Virus record (IMG/VR): IMGVR_UViG_3300031565_000018
Span: 23 to 64,022 of that record
Origin: a virus
DNA length: 64,000 bases
Reading direction: 5' to 3' (one strand)
Shown here piece after piece: positions 1 to 9,116 of this stretch. Positions within the stretch are counted from its first letter, which is position 1; the number at the start of each line of letters is the position of its first letter. Under the pieces are notes generated by a model. The model did no database searches, was not told the origin of the DNA, and saw only the letters and a list, made by a program, of their open reading frames with translations. Made by a program: the position numbers and the translations under genes.

Positions 1-311
1 TTGACCCCGATAAAAGCTCTACCCGCCTCTTCCTCTTCAGGGACAACACCGTAGGGAGAACGTGATGTGTAACCTACCTGCACACCCTTATCCCTAGGGT
101 CTACAGTGACACTGAAGTTACCCTTATCAAACCCGATCCTCCCTGAACGAGGATCAAAGCGCACGGCTCCTGAAGGATCCTCCATTTCGATGGCGCCTCC
201 TTGCAAGAGTCGGAGGGCACGAGCGAGCTCCTCTCCGTACCCTGCACGCATGATCTGATCCGTCGGACCCATAGCGGGATCCAAGGCCTGGCCTGCGTAG
301 CGAATGTCCAT
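1..311 (-). CDS. Hypothetical protein, runs off the left edge (MDIRYAGQALDPAMGPTDQIMRAGYGEELARALRLLQGG...)
   Basis: Hand translation: ATG at 311-309, open frame to base 1. Absent from the ORF track because no stop lies in the window. Confidence 0.7.
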   Translation of the reverse strand, partial: MDIRYAGQALDPAMGPTDQIMRAGYGEELARALRLLQGGAIEMEDPSGAVRFDPRSGRIGFDKGNFSVTVDPRDKGVQVGYTSRSPYGVVPEEEEAGRAFIGV

Positions 312-344
312 TACTTAATTCTCGTTAAGTTAAGTCTACCAACC

Positions 345-596
345 ATGAACAAGCACACCAAAGGAACTCCTTACTCCTTTATTTCCTTACTTCCTTACTT
401 CCTTGCAGCAATGGGTGGCGTTGCACTCACCACCTGGGGAACTGTCGAGATCCAGCGTGAGTTGAACGCACAGGCTCAGCGAGCTTGTAAGAGTGACCAC
501 TATCGCCGACTTGTTACGTTCCGAGGAGCTGCAGGTGACACCAGCTACTGCATCCCTGCCTACTTCACCAACGGTTCTGTTTCTCACCCTGACTGA
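345..596 (+). CDS. Small single-pass membrane protein
   Basis: ATG at 345 within ORF 201..596. Hydrophobic stretch FISLLPYFLAAMGGVALTTWG. Stop overlaps the next start. Confidence 0.6.
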   Translation: MNKHTKGTPYSFISLLPYFLAAMGGVALTTWGTVEIQRELNAQAQRACKSDHYRRLVTFRGAAGDTSYCIPAYFTNGSVSHPD

Positions 597-913
597 TGCT
601 GTCCTCTGCTCTTCTACCTTTCGCTCGACTAAACCCACGAGAGATCAACTGCAACACACTGGTCGTATTTCTGGCTATCGCTGAATCAGGCGAGCAAGGG
701 GTCAAGCAAGCAGACCTGGCTCTGCGTCTCCGGATTGCAAAGTCCAGTGTTTCTAGGAACTGCGGGATTCTTGGACTTAAAACCCAGAAGAACAAAGATG
801 GACTCGGACTGATCAAAGTAGATCCGTGGCCCAAAGACCCACGCATCAATCTCTTGAGTCTCACAGATAAGGGCTACGATCTTTACGAGACCATGACCGC
901 ATACCTCCCCTGA
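596..913 (+). CDS. MarR-like winged helix-turn-helix regulator
   Basis: VKQADLALRLRIAKSSVSRN helix-turn-helix plus DPRINLLSLTDKG wing. Confidence 0.72.
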   Translation: MLSSALLPFARLNPREINCNTLVVFLAIAESGEQGVKQADLALRLRIAKSSVSRNCGILGLKTQKNKDGLGLIKVDPWPKDPRINLLSLTDKGYDLYETMTAYLP

Positions 914-977
914 GGTAAGGGGTTGTACTGTTTGTTTAACTGTACTTGCTTAGTTCTACACACTACGAGGTTCACCA

Positions 978-1379
978 ATGATTTCTAACTCCGCCGAACG
1001 ACGGCAACGCATTAAAGAACAAAGCAAAGAGGTTGCTAATTACATGAACTGCATCGAACCATCGCCTGAACTTGTCCGTAAATGGCAGATCAAGATTGAA
1101 TACTGCAGTAAACGCGCAGACCGCGAAGCTGCTGTAGTCAAGATTTTTCAGCTTGGTGCGGATATGGAGCTGGAGGCGTGCATAAAACTGTTGTCTGATC
1201 TTGGTGGCGATGGTGAAATGATCCGCCGCTATCGCCGCCCCAAGCCGCCGAGCTTGAAGGAGCAGGCGCTGCAGGCAGCACAGCGTTTCTACGCAAATGG
1301 TCACGAAGACTGCAACGACGAAGAGGTAAAGGATGACTTTGACATCATCCGCCGCGCTCTTGAATCCCTGCCCGATTAG
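978..1379 (+). CDS. Hypothetical cyanophage-type protein
   Basis: 133-aa ORF with the RRPKPPSLKEQAL...IRRALESLPD motif I recognise from cyanophage hypothetical proteins. Confidence 0.7.
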   Translation: MISNSAERRQRIKEQSKEVANYMNCIEPSPELVRKWQIKIEYCSKRADREAAVVKIFQLGADMELEACIKLLSDLGGDGEMIRRYRRPKPPSLKEQALQAAQRFYANGHEDCNDEEVKDDFDIIRRALESLPD

Positions 1380-1565
1380 TCAACATCACTAGTTGTTCAA
1401 CATCGCACGCATTAACCCAAGTGCTGTTCGCGTTGATGAACATAAAGCCTACTTTGTGTCCTGTCGTCTAACCTCATTGGCTCGATTAACTTGTAAGGCG
1501 TGCTTACACGTTGCCCGAACGTGTCAAACATTCCGGATTTTCCGGACAGTTCATCTACCCCTCAA

Positions 1566-1889
1566 ATGACTGACATCCTTGACGACTCCTACGAAAGCGA
1601 CCTCACCGAAGAGGAGCACGAACGGCTGATCCTGATGAGTGAGCACGCCATCGCACCACCGCTTTCACCTGCTGCCCAGGCGGTGTTTCACGCCTTCAAC
1701 AGCAAGTTTGATTGGGTGGACGACGGAGTGCCTGGCCCCCAGTTCGAGGCAATCGCCGCCGCCATTCGTGCTGCTGCGGATCAGGTGGTGCCAGTGCCGA
1801 TCGAAGCTCAAACTCCAGAAGAGCACTGGGCACTGCTTGGCGTTAAGAACCGCTTGCTCGCCATCGCTGACGAGCTTAAAACTTGGTAG
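1566..1889 (+). CDS. Hypothetical cyanophage-type protein
   Basis: PLSPAAQAV...IAAAIRAAADQVVP motif; ATG at 1566 preferred. Confidence 0.68.
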   Translation: MTDILDDSYESDLTEEEHERLILMSEHAIAPPLSPAAQAVFHAFNSKFDWVDDGVPGPQFEAIAAAIRAAADQVVPVPIEAQTPEEHWALLGVKNRLLAIADELKTW

Positions 1890-1940
1890 CCGCAGTACAA
1901 TCCACCCGTACACTGTCGTAACACACCTCCTCACAAGAAC

Positions 1941-2249
1941 ATGATCCTCAACATTTCACTCTCCGAAAGGTTTGACGACGAGCTGTCTAAACCTCAGCAC
2001 ATTTCAACAAACATCATGGCAGATCTTAAGCACAGAGACGTCCATGCTTACTTTGAGGTCTTCGTTCGTGTTCTGAAGTTCGCAGGTTTCTACGAAAAAT
2101 CGATCGCAGTTGGTGCAGCAGAGATTGCTTTGAACACTACAGACGAAACTTTGAAATACATTCTCGATGAATACGATCTGCTTAGAGCAGATGAGATTCT
2201 CGGTGAACAACTAACTGAAGAAGAGAGAAGAAGCTTACGAAAAAGTTGA
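1941..2249 (+). CDS. Hypothetical protein
   Basis: 102-aa ORF, co-directional and tightly packed with neighbours. Confidence 0.65.
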   Translation: MILNISLSERFDDELSKPQHISTNIMADLKHRDVHAYFEVFVRVLKFAGFYEKSIAVGAAEIALNTTDETLKYILDEYDLLRADEILGEQLTEEERRSLRKS

Positions 2250-2276
2250 AGAGGTCACGGATAAACTCAGCAACGG

Positions 2277-2810
2277 TTGAAGTTAAAGACTGTGGCAGTT
2301 CTCTGTGATTGGCAGATCAAGGCTCTCTGTAACGGGGGCGCGATAACTCCCTTCGACCCCACGCTGGTGAATCCCGCTTCCTTAGACGTTCGATTGGGTA
2401 CTCACATCTTTGTGGAAGACGAGGAGGTAGGTCTGCATGCCGCTTCGTTAGAAGGACATACACAAGACAACCCTTATTACCTGTACCCCAATGAGTTCAT
2501 GCTCGCAGAGACTATGGAGACTTTTAACATCCCAGAGAATGTGTGCGCTCAGTATGCGTTGAAAAGTTCTCTAGCAAGAGCGGGATTTGAACATCTTCTC
2601 GCTGGTTGGATTGACCCAGGGTTCAGTAATTCTGTACTTACACTCGAGCTGAAGAACGCTCGCAAATACCAACCAATCCCCCTCTGGCCTGGTATGCGTA
2701 TCGGACAGATCATCTTTATGCAGATGGATGAAACTCCTCAAGTTAGCTACAAACAATCTGGTCGCTACAACGGTGACAGAAAGGTAGCTATGTGTAAGGG
2801 GCTTATGTAA
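2277..2810 (+). CDS. dcd: dCTP deaminase
   Basis: NPASLDVRLG, KSSLARAG, AGWIDPGF, TLEL, GMRIGQIIF, Y.GRY motifs of the trimeric dCTP deaminase family. Confidence 0.92.
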   Translation: MKLKTVAVLCDWQIKALCNGGAITPFDPTLVNPASLDVRLGTHIFVEDEEVGLHAASLEGHTQDNPYYLYPNEFMLAETMETFNIPENVCAQYALKSSLARAGFEHLLAGWIDPGFSNSVLTLELKNARKYQPIPLWPGMRIGQIIFMQMDETPQVSYKQSGRYNGDRKVAMCKGLM

Positions 2811-2987
2811 TATCTGGAGAGAACATCACATCGGTTTGTATACGTAACAACAAATGTAAATGTAATCAAACAAGTGCAAACTTGATGAGCATTGTTTAAT
2901 TAGAAAAGTCTTTAATAACTAGAAAGTTGAACATACTATAGCTCCAAGTAAATTTATGTAAAACCAACTCGCCCTATTTAAAAGGGG

Positions 2988-3016
2988 TTGACACCATGAG
3001 CTCTATGCTCTAGATT
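2988..3016 (+). promoter_or_regulatory. Sigma70-type promoter of the early operon
   Basis: TTGACA (2988-2993), 17 nt, TAGATT (3011-3016), preceded by an AT-rich tract. Confidence 0.65.
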
Positions 3017-3023
3017 CATTTAC

Positions 3024-3497
3024 ATGGGTGGCACCGACCCGAACGCGGCGCGTACCATCACATCACACATCATGAGTAAGATCACCGCTGCATCACTGAT
3101 CACTAAAGCCCGCAAAACGGCAGCTGTCTGGAACGAAGCTGACGCAGCTTTATCTGAATGGAACGAGGGCTTCGGGCTAGAGCTCGACTGCCACAGGGAT
3201 CTGCTGAAGAAAGAGTTCACCAAAGCCGATGCCCAAGGTCTCGATTTCAGTTGCTTCCAAGGCGAGCACTCCAGGCTGATCTACCCAGAGCTGGCAACTA
3301 GGATCATCGTCTCGATCCGAAAGGCACCGGCTGGGCATGAAACCATCGAGGAAATGACTGCAGAGATCGACGAGCTCGAGTCGAAGCTCCGTCTCCTCAA
3401 GAAGAAGCGGAAGAACCGCATGGAGGAGATTGAACAAGAAGGAGAGTTCAACTTCCCTACCGAAAACATCACCATCGCTTTCAAGCGCACAAAGTAA
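3024..3497 (+). CDS. Hypothetical protein with C-terminal coiled coil
   Basis: 157-aa ORF directly after the promoter; alternative start near 3072. Confidence 0.72.
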   Translation: MGGTDPNAARTITSHIMSKITAASLITKARKTAAVWNEADAALSEWNEGFGLELDCHRDLLKKEFTKADAQGLDFSCFQGEHSRLIYPELATRIIVSIRKAPAGHETIEEMTAEIDELESKLRLLKKKRKNRMEEIEQEGEFNFPTENITIAFKRTK

Positions 3498-3498
3498 C

Positions 3499-4692
3499 AT
3501 GTCGGATCACATCTACCTGCTTCAAGTCGCAATCAGCGCCAAGGTCCGCCAAAGCACCACCATTCAATTCAAAGACCTGAAGCTCCCTGATTCCGTAGTC
3601 GACGCATTTGAGAAACAGAGAGCAGTCTCTGTACGCCCTGTGCTCTCCAGCAAGCTGAAGGATTACTTATCCGTCCTGCGGACTGAGCAACACAAGCTCT
3701 ACGAAGAGTGCACCATCAATCAAGGCGACACCCATTTCCTCCACGGTGACTCGTTTAACGAAGCGATGGAGCGGATCGGATTCATCCGCAGCAAAGCAAA
3801 AGAGTTCAACAGTCTCCTGAATAATCTCTGGTACCAGGAGTACTCACAGTGGGTGACCACCGTGGACAACTTCTTGGATCCTCTCTTCTCCGAAGAGCCT
3901 GAGGCGCTCAAACTTGCTAAGGAGTTGTACCTTTCTCTTTTCCCTACGAAGAAAGAGTTCGAGAATCCGATCCAGGTGTTCGTGGTTGGTCCTAACCCCG
4001 TGTGTCTGACGGAAGCTCGGCACGCTGACGATCACCCACTGGCTGATCAGATCTTCCACGCGTCTTTGTCGCACACCACTGAGGTGTTGATGGCGGCGAA
4101 GGAAGGGGCAGCTGATCGTGCCTTCATGAAGGCAGCAAAGCTAATCGACGACCTCGATGTCCGGAAGGCAACTAACGTTTCCGAAAGGCAGACAGGGTCG
4201 ACTAAATCTCGTGGCTCCTGGCAGCTTATCGCGCAGGATCTGCAACTGATTAGCAAGCACTGCGAGGGTTTTGATGGGGTGGCCTCTCTTGCCGAGAGGT
4301 TGCTTGAAGTCGGTGTGAACCTTCAGTCGTCAGTACCCAAGATTCGAAACGAGGCCTTCAATCAATTCAGCGAAGTCAAGCGAGCTATCAGACGCGAACT
4401 TGATTCAATCGTGGAGGCGCGTCACTCAACCAAGGGACTCGAAGCACTTCAAAAGTCTCTGTCCCTATCTGGAGAGTACGCCGACCTACTTGCTCAGATC
4501 GAACAGGTCACCACGCGGGCTGAACTGGACGAGCTAAGCAGCTTTGTAGAAGTCGAAAAAGGCATCTACCAACAGCGGGCAAAAGAACTCCAAAAGTCCG
4601 TTAACGCTAAGGCCGAACTTCTAAAAGCTTCTTCAATCTCATTTGAGGACACTGTGAAAGAAGTCGTCTCCATAACTACTCCTGACTTTTAG
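3499..4692 (+). CDS. Helical protein, possibly DUF3150-like, first of the AAA/VWA trio
   Basis: 397-aa ORF from ATG 3499; size, helical pattern and position upstream of MoxR and VWA. Family call tentative. Confidence 0.55.
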   Translation: MSDHIYLLQVAISAKVRQSTTIQFKDLKLPDSVVDAFEKQRAVSVRPVLSSKLKDYLSVLRTEQHKLYEECTINQGDTHFLHGDSFNEAMERIGFIRSKAKEFNSLLNNLWYQEYSQWVTTVDNFLDPLFSEEPEALKLAKELYLSLFPTKKEFENPIQVFVVGPNPVCLTEARHADDHPLADQIFHASLSHTTEVLMAAKEGAADRAFMKAAKLIDDLDVRKATNVSERQTGSTKSRGSWQLIAQDLQLISKHCEGFDGVASLAERLLEVGVNLQSSVPKIRNEAFNQFSEVKRAIRRELDSIVEARHSTKGLEALQKSLSLSGEYADLLAQIEQVTTRAELDELSSFVEVEKGIYQQRAKELQKSVNAKAELLKASSISFEDTVKEVVSITTPDF

Positions 4693-4695
4693 ACC

Positions 4696-4797
4696 ATGAA
4701 ACATCCGCTGAACATCAAACTCCTTCTCTCAAGCAAAGCACTTACCTGCGTTTACAAACGACCCTCGTTGATCAAGCGTCTCTTCAAAATTATCTGA
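4696..4797 (+). CDS. Possible 33-aa basic peptide (MKHPLNIKLLLSSKALTCVYKRPSLIKRLFKII)
   Basis: Fills the gap between two operon genes exactly; hand translation only. Confidence 0.3.
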   Translation: MKHPLNIKLLLSSKALTCVYKRPSLIKRLFKII

Positions 4798-4798
4798 C

Positions 4799-5983
4799 AT
4801 GAACAAAACCCTGTTTGCCAACCTCCAGAACTTCCGCGCTTCTTTAAACGCTTCCTTCTTGGAGCGCAGCGTCGTCATTGACGGCTTACTCGCCAGCCTC
4901 ATCACAAAACAGAATGCTTTCCTTTTCGGTCGACCAGGGACAGGTAAGTCCGAGCTTGTCCGAGCTGTAGCGAAAGGCTTCACTGGCTGCAGTTTCTTCG
5001 GTTATCTCCTCTCTCCCACGACGGATCCATCTGAGTTGTTTGGTCCTGTCGCTGTATCCAAACTCCTCAAGGATGAGTACACGAGAGACGTAGAGGGTTA
5101 CCTACCTACAAGCAATATTGCTTTTCTCGACGAGCTCTTCCGAGGGAGTTCAGCCGTACTCAACTCTCTGTTGACGATCCTCAACGAGCGGACCTTCAAC
5201 AACGGTAAGGATGTAATCGAGACACCTATTCAATCGATCGTCGCCGCCACTAACTCGTTTCCTCAGGAAGAATCTCTTCAGGCATTCTGTGATCGCTTCC
5301 TTTTCAGGCCGACTGTTGAGTCCCTACTTAAGCCTGTATCGAAACGGATTCTTGACCAGTGGACGTTCGGTATTCAGCAACGACCTGCAGTCGAATCAGA
5401 TCTCAAGTTCGAAGACTTGCTACAGCTTCAAAAAGATGTAAATGAGATCAAAGTCGACGAGGAGTTCTTAGATCGTTTCAACCAAGTAATCGATCTCCTA
5501 TCTGCTCGAGGAGTGTCGATTAGTGATCGGCGAAGAGTCCAGATCCTCAGGTTTATGCGTGGTTGGGCTCTTGTGCAGGGTGACGATTGTCTCTACGCGG
5601 AACACCTACATCGACCCTTCCCCCACATCGTCTACCAAAACAAAGAGGACATTCGAGCTATCAAGGAAGTCTTGATGCAGGCGATCCCAACTGCTGAGAA
5701 GCAGATGGAGGACATCAAGAAAGCTCAAAACGCAATCATGACTGAGTACCACGGGGTCTTTACAAAGACATCTAAGTCTTTGAGCGAACTCAGCTCGAAT
5801 GTAGAGAAACTAAAACGACACCATAAAGATCTCTCGACCCTCGCGAATAAGCTCGATGAGATACTCGATGGCGGAAGCTACAGAGTTACCGCAGCTGCAC
5901 GCAGGGAAGCAACAAAAGTATCTCAGCTGATCGAACAGTCCAAACAACTTGTAGCTAAATCAATCTCAGACATCACACCATGA
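4799..5983 (+). CDS. MoxR/RavA-type AAA+ ATPase
   Basis: Walker A GRPGTGKS, Walker B IAFLDELFR, LNSLLTILNERTF, DRF arginine-finger region. Confidence 0.88.
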   Translation: MNKTLFANLQNFRASLNASFLERSVVIDGLLASLITKQNAFLFGRPGTGKSELVRAVAKGFTGCSFFGYLLSPTTDPSELFGPVAVSKLLKDEYTRDVEGYLPTSNIAFLDELFRGSSAVLNSLLTILNERTFNNGKDVIETPIQSIVAATNSFPQEESLQAFCDRFLFRPTVESLLKPVSKRILDQWTFGIQQRPAVESDLKFEDLLQLQKDVNEIKVDEEFLDRFNQVIDLLSARGVSISDRRRVQILRFMRGWALVQGDDCLYAEHLHRPFPHIVYQNKEDIRAIKEVLMQAIPTAEKQMEDIKKAQNAIMTEYHGVFTKTSKSLSELSSNVEKLKRHHKDLSTLANKLDEILDGGSYRVTAAARREATKVSQLIEQSKQLVAKSISDITP

Positions 5984-7530
5984 CTATCGAAAAACAAACC
6001 GAGTTTCTTCGTCTTGTTAACAACGAGCCATTGGTTCTCGCTGTCTCTGCACTGTCAGATTTTCTCTGGGATGACTTCGTAAGAGAGACGAGGCCTTCTG
6101 TCACATACTTAATAAACCAGTACGACTTTGTTCAGCTTTCTCGTTTCGGCAAAGAGCTCTTCGACTATCTGTACAACGGAGAGGTGACCACGCCTCTCAT
6201 CACGTTTGATGCACTAGAGAATTACTTCCGTCAGAAACAAAACGGAGACCCGGTTACTCTCCCTGAGGGTTATAAACCAGAAAACTCTCTCTGGTATGGC
6301 TTATTTGCAGACGTAATTAGCTCACCAGCATGGGAATACATTCTCGGTTTATCTGTGGGAGATCAATTCACCTCAGGTAACAATGCGGTGAATATCCTGA
6401 ATGAAATAAGTGAACTTCTTGAGGACTACATCGAGAGCAACAAGATCGATGTACAACTGATTGCAAGTGGGGGAGACAGACTTAAAAAGCTTCGCGAGGA
6501 GTTCACTCAGGCGAAGGAAAGAGGTGATGATGAGGCTGCAGCGGAGCTGCGGAAACAAGGCAAAGAGCTCGGCGCAGCTATCGAGAAAGCAGTCGACAGT
6601 GTGAAGGCAGAACTACAAACAGAGATATCAAAAGCCATGGAAGGCGTCCGAGAAGACGCGCAGGAGCTGAAAGAAGCGATGGATTCACTTGCGGGTAATC
6701 AAGAGGGTGTCGGTGGCCACGGTGATGATCTAGCGGCAAAAAAGAAACTCGCCAAAAAGCTCGCGCACAACCCGAGCATGAAACAATTCATCCAAAAACT
6801 CGGTGCACTTCGTCGGGCATGGAATGACCGCAAACGCGCCAAACGTGCAGAGTCAAACTACAGCGACATCGTTGGCGCCTCTTTCACAGATGACGTCATT
6901 CACACTTTTCCGTCCGAGTTAGCGCTCGCTGCGACCGAGCAAGGAAAAGCTCTCTTCGCCCTTAAATACTCTCAGAAAACACTCCTCACTAAAAATTACG
7001 AGGCGAAAGTAAAGGACATCTCCAAAGGACCGGTAGTTATGTACGTAGACATCAGTGGATCCATGGCTGGTGCCGCTGAACTATGGAGTAAAGCTATCGC
7101 CTACACAGTCGCAGAGGAGTGCTTGAAAGAGAAGAGAGATGTTCAAATACACCTCTTCGACACCAAGATTCAAAAGACAGTCGACCTAACAGCAGGAGAC
7201 CCCAGTAACGCCGAAGAGCTTCTGAACTTCATCCTCACCTGGGTCACTCACGGGGGCACGTCTTTTGCAGAGGTAATTAACCACGCTCTAACAAAAGCTG
7301 CTATCGATTACAAAACGGACGTACTGATGATCACCGATGGAGATGCTACTGTCCCCGATGCTTTTATCCGCCGTTTAAATAGATTCAAAGAAGATAGAGA
7401 TCTGCAGTGGAACAGCTTCTGTATCGGGACAAAGGCCAAGGCACTCAAGGAGTTCAGTGATAACGTCCAGCTCGTGGACATCCTGAACGACCCGTCCAGT
7501 GCGGGTCTGTTCCAAGATGCTCTACGTTGA
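5980..7530 (+). CDS. ViaA-like von Willebrand A domain protein
   Basis: MIDAS motif DISGSM, GGT and ITDG in the C-terminal domain; ATGA overlap with the AAA gene. Confidence 0.87.
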   Translation: MTIEKQTEFLRLVNNEPLVLAVSALSDFLWDDFVRETRPSVTYLINQYDFVQLSRFGKELFDYLYNGEVTTPLITFDALENYFRQKQNGDPVTLPEGYKPENSLWYGLFADVISSPAWEYILGLSVGDQFTSGNNAVNILNEISELLEDYIESNKIDVQLIASGGDRLKKLREEFTQAKERGDDEAAAELRKQGKELGAAIEKAVDSVKAELQTEISKAMEGVREDAQELKEAMDSLAGNQEGVGGHGDDLAAKKKLAKKLAHNPSMKQFIQKLGALRRAWNDRKRAKRAESNYSDIVGASFTDDVIHTFPSELALAATEQGKALFALKYSQKTLLTKNYEAKVKDISKGPVVMYVDISGSMAGAAELWSKAIAYTVAEECLKEKRDVQIHLFDTKIQKTVDLTAGDPSNAEELLNFILTWVTHGGTSFAEVINHALTKAAIDYKTDVLMITDGDATVPDAFIRRLNRFKEDRDLQWNSFCIGTKAKALKEFSDNVQLVDILNDPSSAGLFQDALR

Positions 7531-7555
7531 AAATTGTTTCTAGGAAGCATTCCCT

Positions 7556-7783
7556 GTGCTCAGCAAACAACAAAAAGACAACAGAGACATACAAGAGATC
7601 ATAGAGTTTTATGAATATGAGATAGCACAGCTTGCACGTGAGGTAAAACTGGGCGACTTATGGCTCGGCGACGATGGCAAACTGCGGATCTGCAATAAGA
7701 TCTTCGGAGGGGAGCGCTTCTGGACGGAAGTTAATAACGATGGAACGCTTAGCGATAAGCCACGAGGTCTCCAGGATCCTTAA
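7556..7783 (+). CDS. Hypothetical protein
   Basis: 75-aa ORF in operon orientation. Confidence 0.55.
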   Translation: MLSKQQKDNRDIQEIIEFYEYEIAQLAREVKLGDLWLGDDGKLRICNKIFGGERFWTEVNNDGTLSDKPRGLQDP

Positions 7784-8186
7784 CGAGTACAACCCATTTA
7801 CCACGAAGTTCGAGCTGGAAAACTGGGTACAGGATCAACTGGAGTGGTGTTACGCAGATCTAAGCTGCCCCAGCCTTGAAACTAGTATTAAATATCAAGG
7901 AGTTTATATAAAATTTTTGCGCGAATTTTACATATTTAACCTAACAAAGTTAACTGAGAGCTCAGAACTAATCGAGTACTCAATACCTTTGAAGACTTTT
8001 ATTGCGGAAAACTATGGAGTTGAGAACCTGACTACCAAGGACTGTGGAGTGCGCTTTGCGAGCTGCGACTTCGAGCTGATGTCCATGCAGCTCACAGAGA
8101 TGATAGTTGATTGGTGTGCGCATGTAGAGCTCGTCAACACCGTCGAAAGGAGCTACCCAAGAAAACAAAACCGAAGAGAACCTTAA
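7740..8186 (+). CDS. Hypothetical protein
   Basis: ATG 7740 within ORF 7674..8186. Confidence 0.65.
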   Translation: MERLAISHEVSRILNEYNPFTTKFELENWVQDQLEWCYADLSCPSLETSIKYQGVYIKFLREFYIFNLTKLTESSELIEYSIPLKTFIAENYGVENLTTKDCGVRFASCDFELMSMQLTEMIVDWCAHVELVNTVERSYPRKQNRREP

Positions 8187-8255
8187 GAAATCAACCCACT
8201 ACTTCCATTTCACGGAAAGGTTTGTAAGCTCAAACGGCATCATTATGCATCTCAC

Positions 8256-9074
8256 ATGAAATTGCTCTTCAAGGTAGGCGAAACCAGCCTCGATAACACC
8301 GAAGCAGACGCCCTAATCAAAGCAGCCGCCAATACCAACGAGGTGGTGATCGATCTCGCAGACCACGTTGACTTCAGCAAGCTTGACGCTTCCAAGCTCT
8401 TTGCCCTCAGTGTCGAGTCAAAGAACCCCAAGCTTGCGTCGCTGGCAGCGAAGGTGGCAATCGAAGGCTTCCCTCAGGCCAGGGAGCGCAAGAAGAGGTC
8501 TCCAATGGTCCGTATCACGCAGCTTCAGCAGGACAAGCGGATCGCCATCAGCAGCGACCAAGCGATCATGGAACTTTGTTCCCAGGACAGCCTCAAGGCA
8601 TTGGGCACTGCAATGATCCTCAACTCTCTGCATAAGTCAGACAAACTGACTCTGAGGCAGATCGCCGTTAGTACGGTCAACGAGCTTGCTTTCCGTGGTG
8701 AGGTTTCTGCAGACTCGTCTTGCTTCCGTGGTTTCGCTAGAGACTCCGATGGCAACCTCAAGCCGATCCTCGTGAAAGCTGGAGAAAGCAAAGCCGAGGC
8801 TTACCACGCGTCACCGGTTTACGTTGCTCTACGCGAAGGGCTGACTCAACTTGGTCAGTGGGGAATGGTCGAGACTCACGAAACAACTGAGTTCGGCTCC
8901 AAAGATCGTCGCTTAAACGGAAACTCCAACCTCCTGCGACGAGTGGTTTATCAGGTCGAATTGACTGAAGAAGGCAAGGCGACAGCTAAGCTCTGGAACG
9001 ACGTTAACGACTTCATCGCACGAGGTTGGTCTAAGCGTGTACGCACCAGAGCTCAGTACTCAGCTGCAGCTTGA
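8256..9074 (+). CDS. Hypothetical protein with probable C-terminal winged helix
   Basis: LTLRQI...LREGLTQLGQWGMVE...YQVELTEEGK pattern; followed by a terminator. Confidence 0.55.
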   Translation: MKLLFKVGETSLDNTEADALIKAAANTNEVVIDLADHVDFSKLDASKLFALSVESKNPKLASLAAKVAIEGFPQARERKKRSPMVRITQLQQDKRIAISSDQAIMELCSQDSLKALGTAMILNSLHKSDKLTLRQIAVSTVNELAFRGEVSADSSCFRGFARDSDGNLKPILVKAGESKAEAYHASPVYVALREGLTQLGQWGMVETHETTEFGSKDRRLNGNSNLLRRVVYQVELTEEGKATAKLWNDVNDFIARGWSKRVRTRAQYSAAA

Positions 9075-9083
9075 AGTCAAAAC

Positions 9084-9111
9084 GGGGTGCTTTAAGCACC
9101 CCTTTCGATTT
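9084..9111 (+). terminator. Intrinsic terminator
   Basis: GGGGTGC-TTTAA-GCACCCC hairpin followed by TTTCGATTT. Confidence 0.7.
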
Positions 9112-9116
9112 ATCTC

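Noticed and set aside
201-344. N-terminal extension of ORF 201..596 from TTG
   Set aside because: Overlaps the minus-strand gene 1..311; ATG 345 with a nearby -10 box is more plausible
1393-1569. 58-aa TTG-start ORF between 1379 and 1566
   Set aside because: No good start context, atypical composition and no family resemblance
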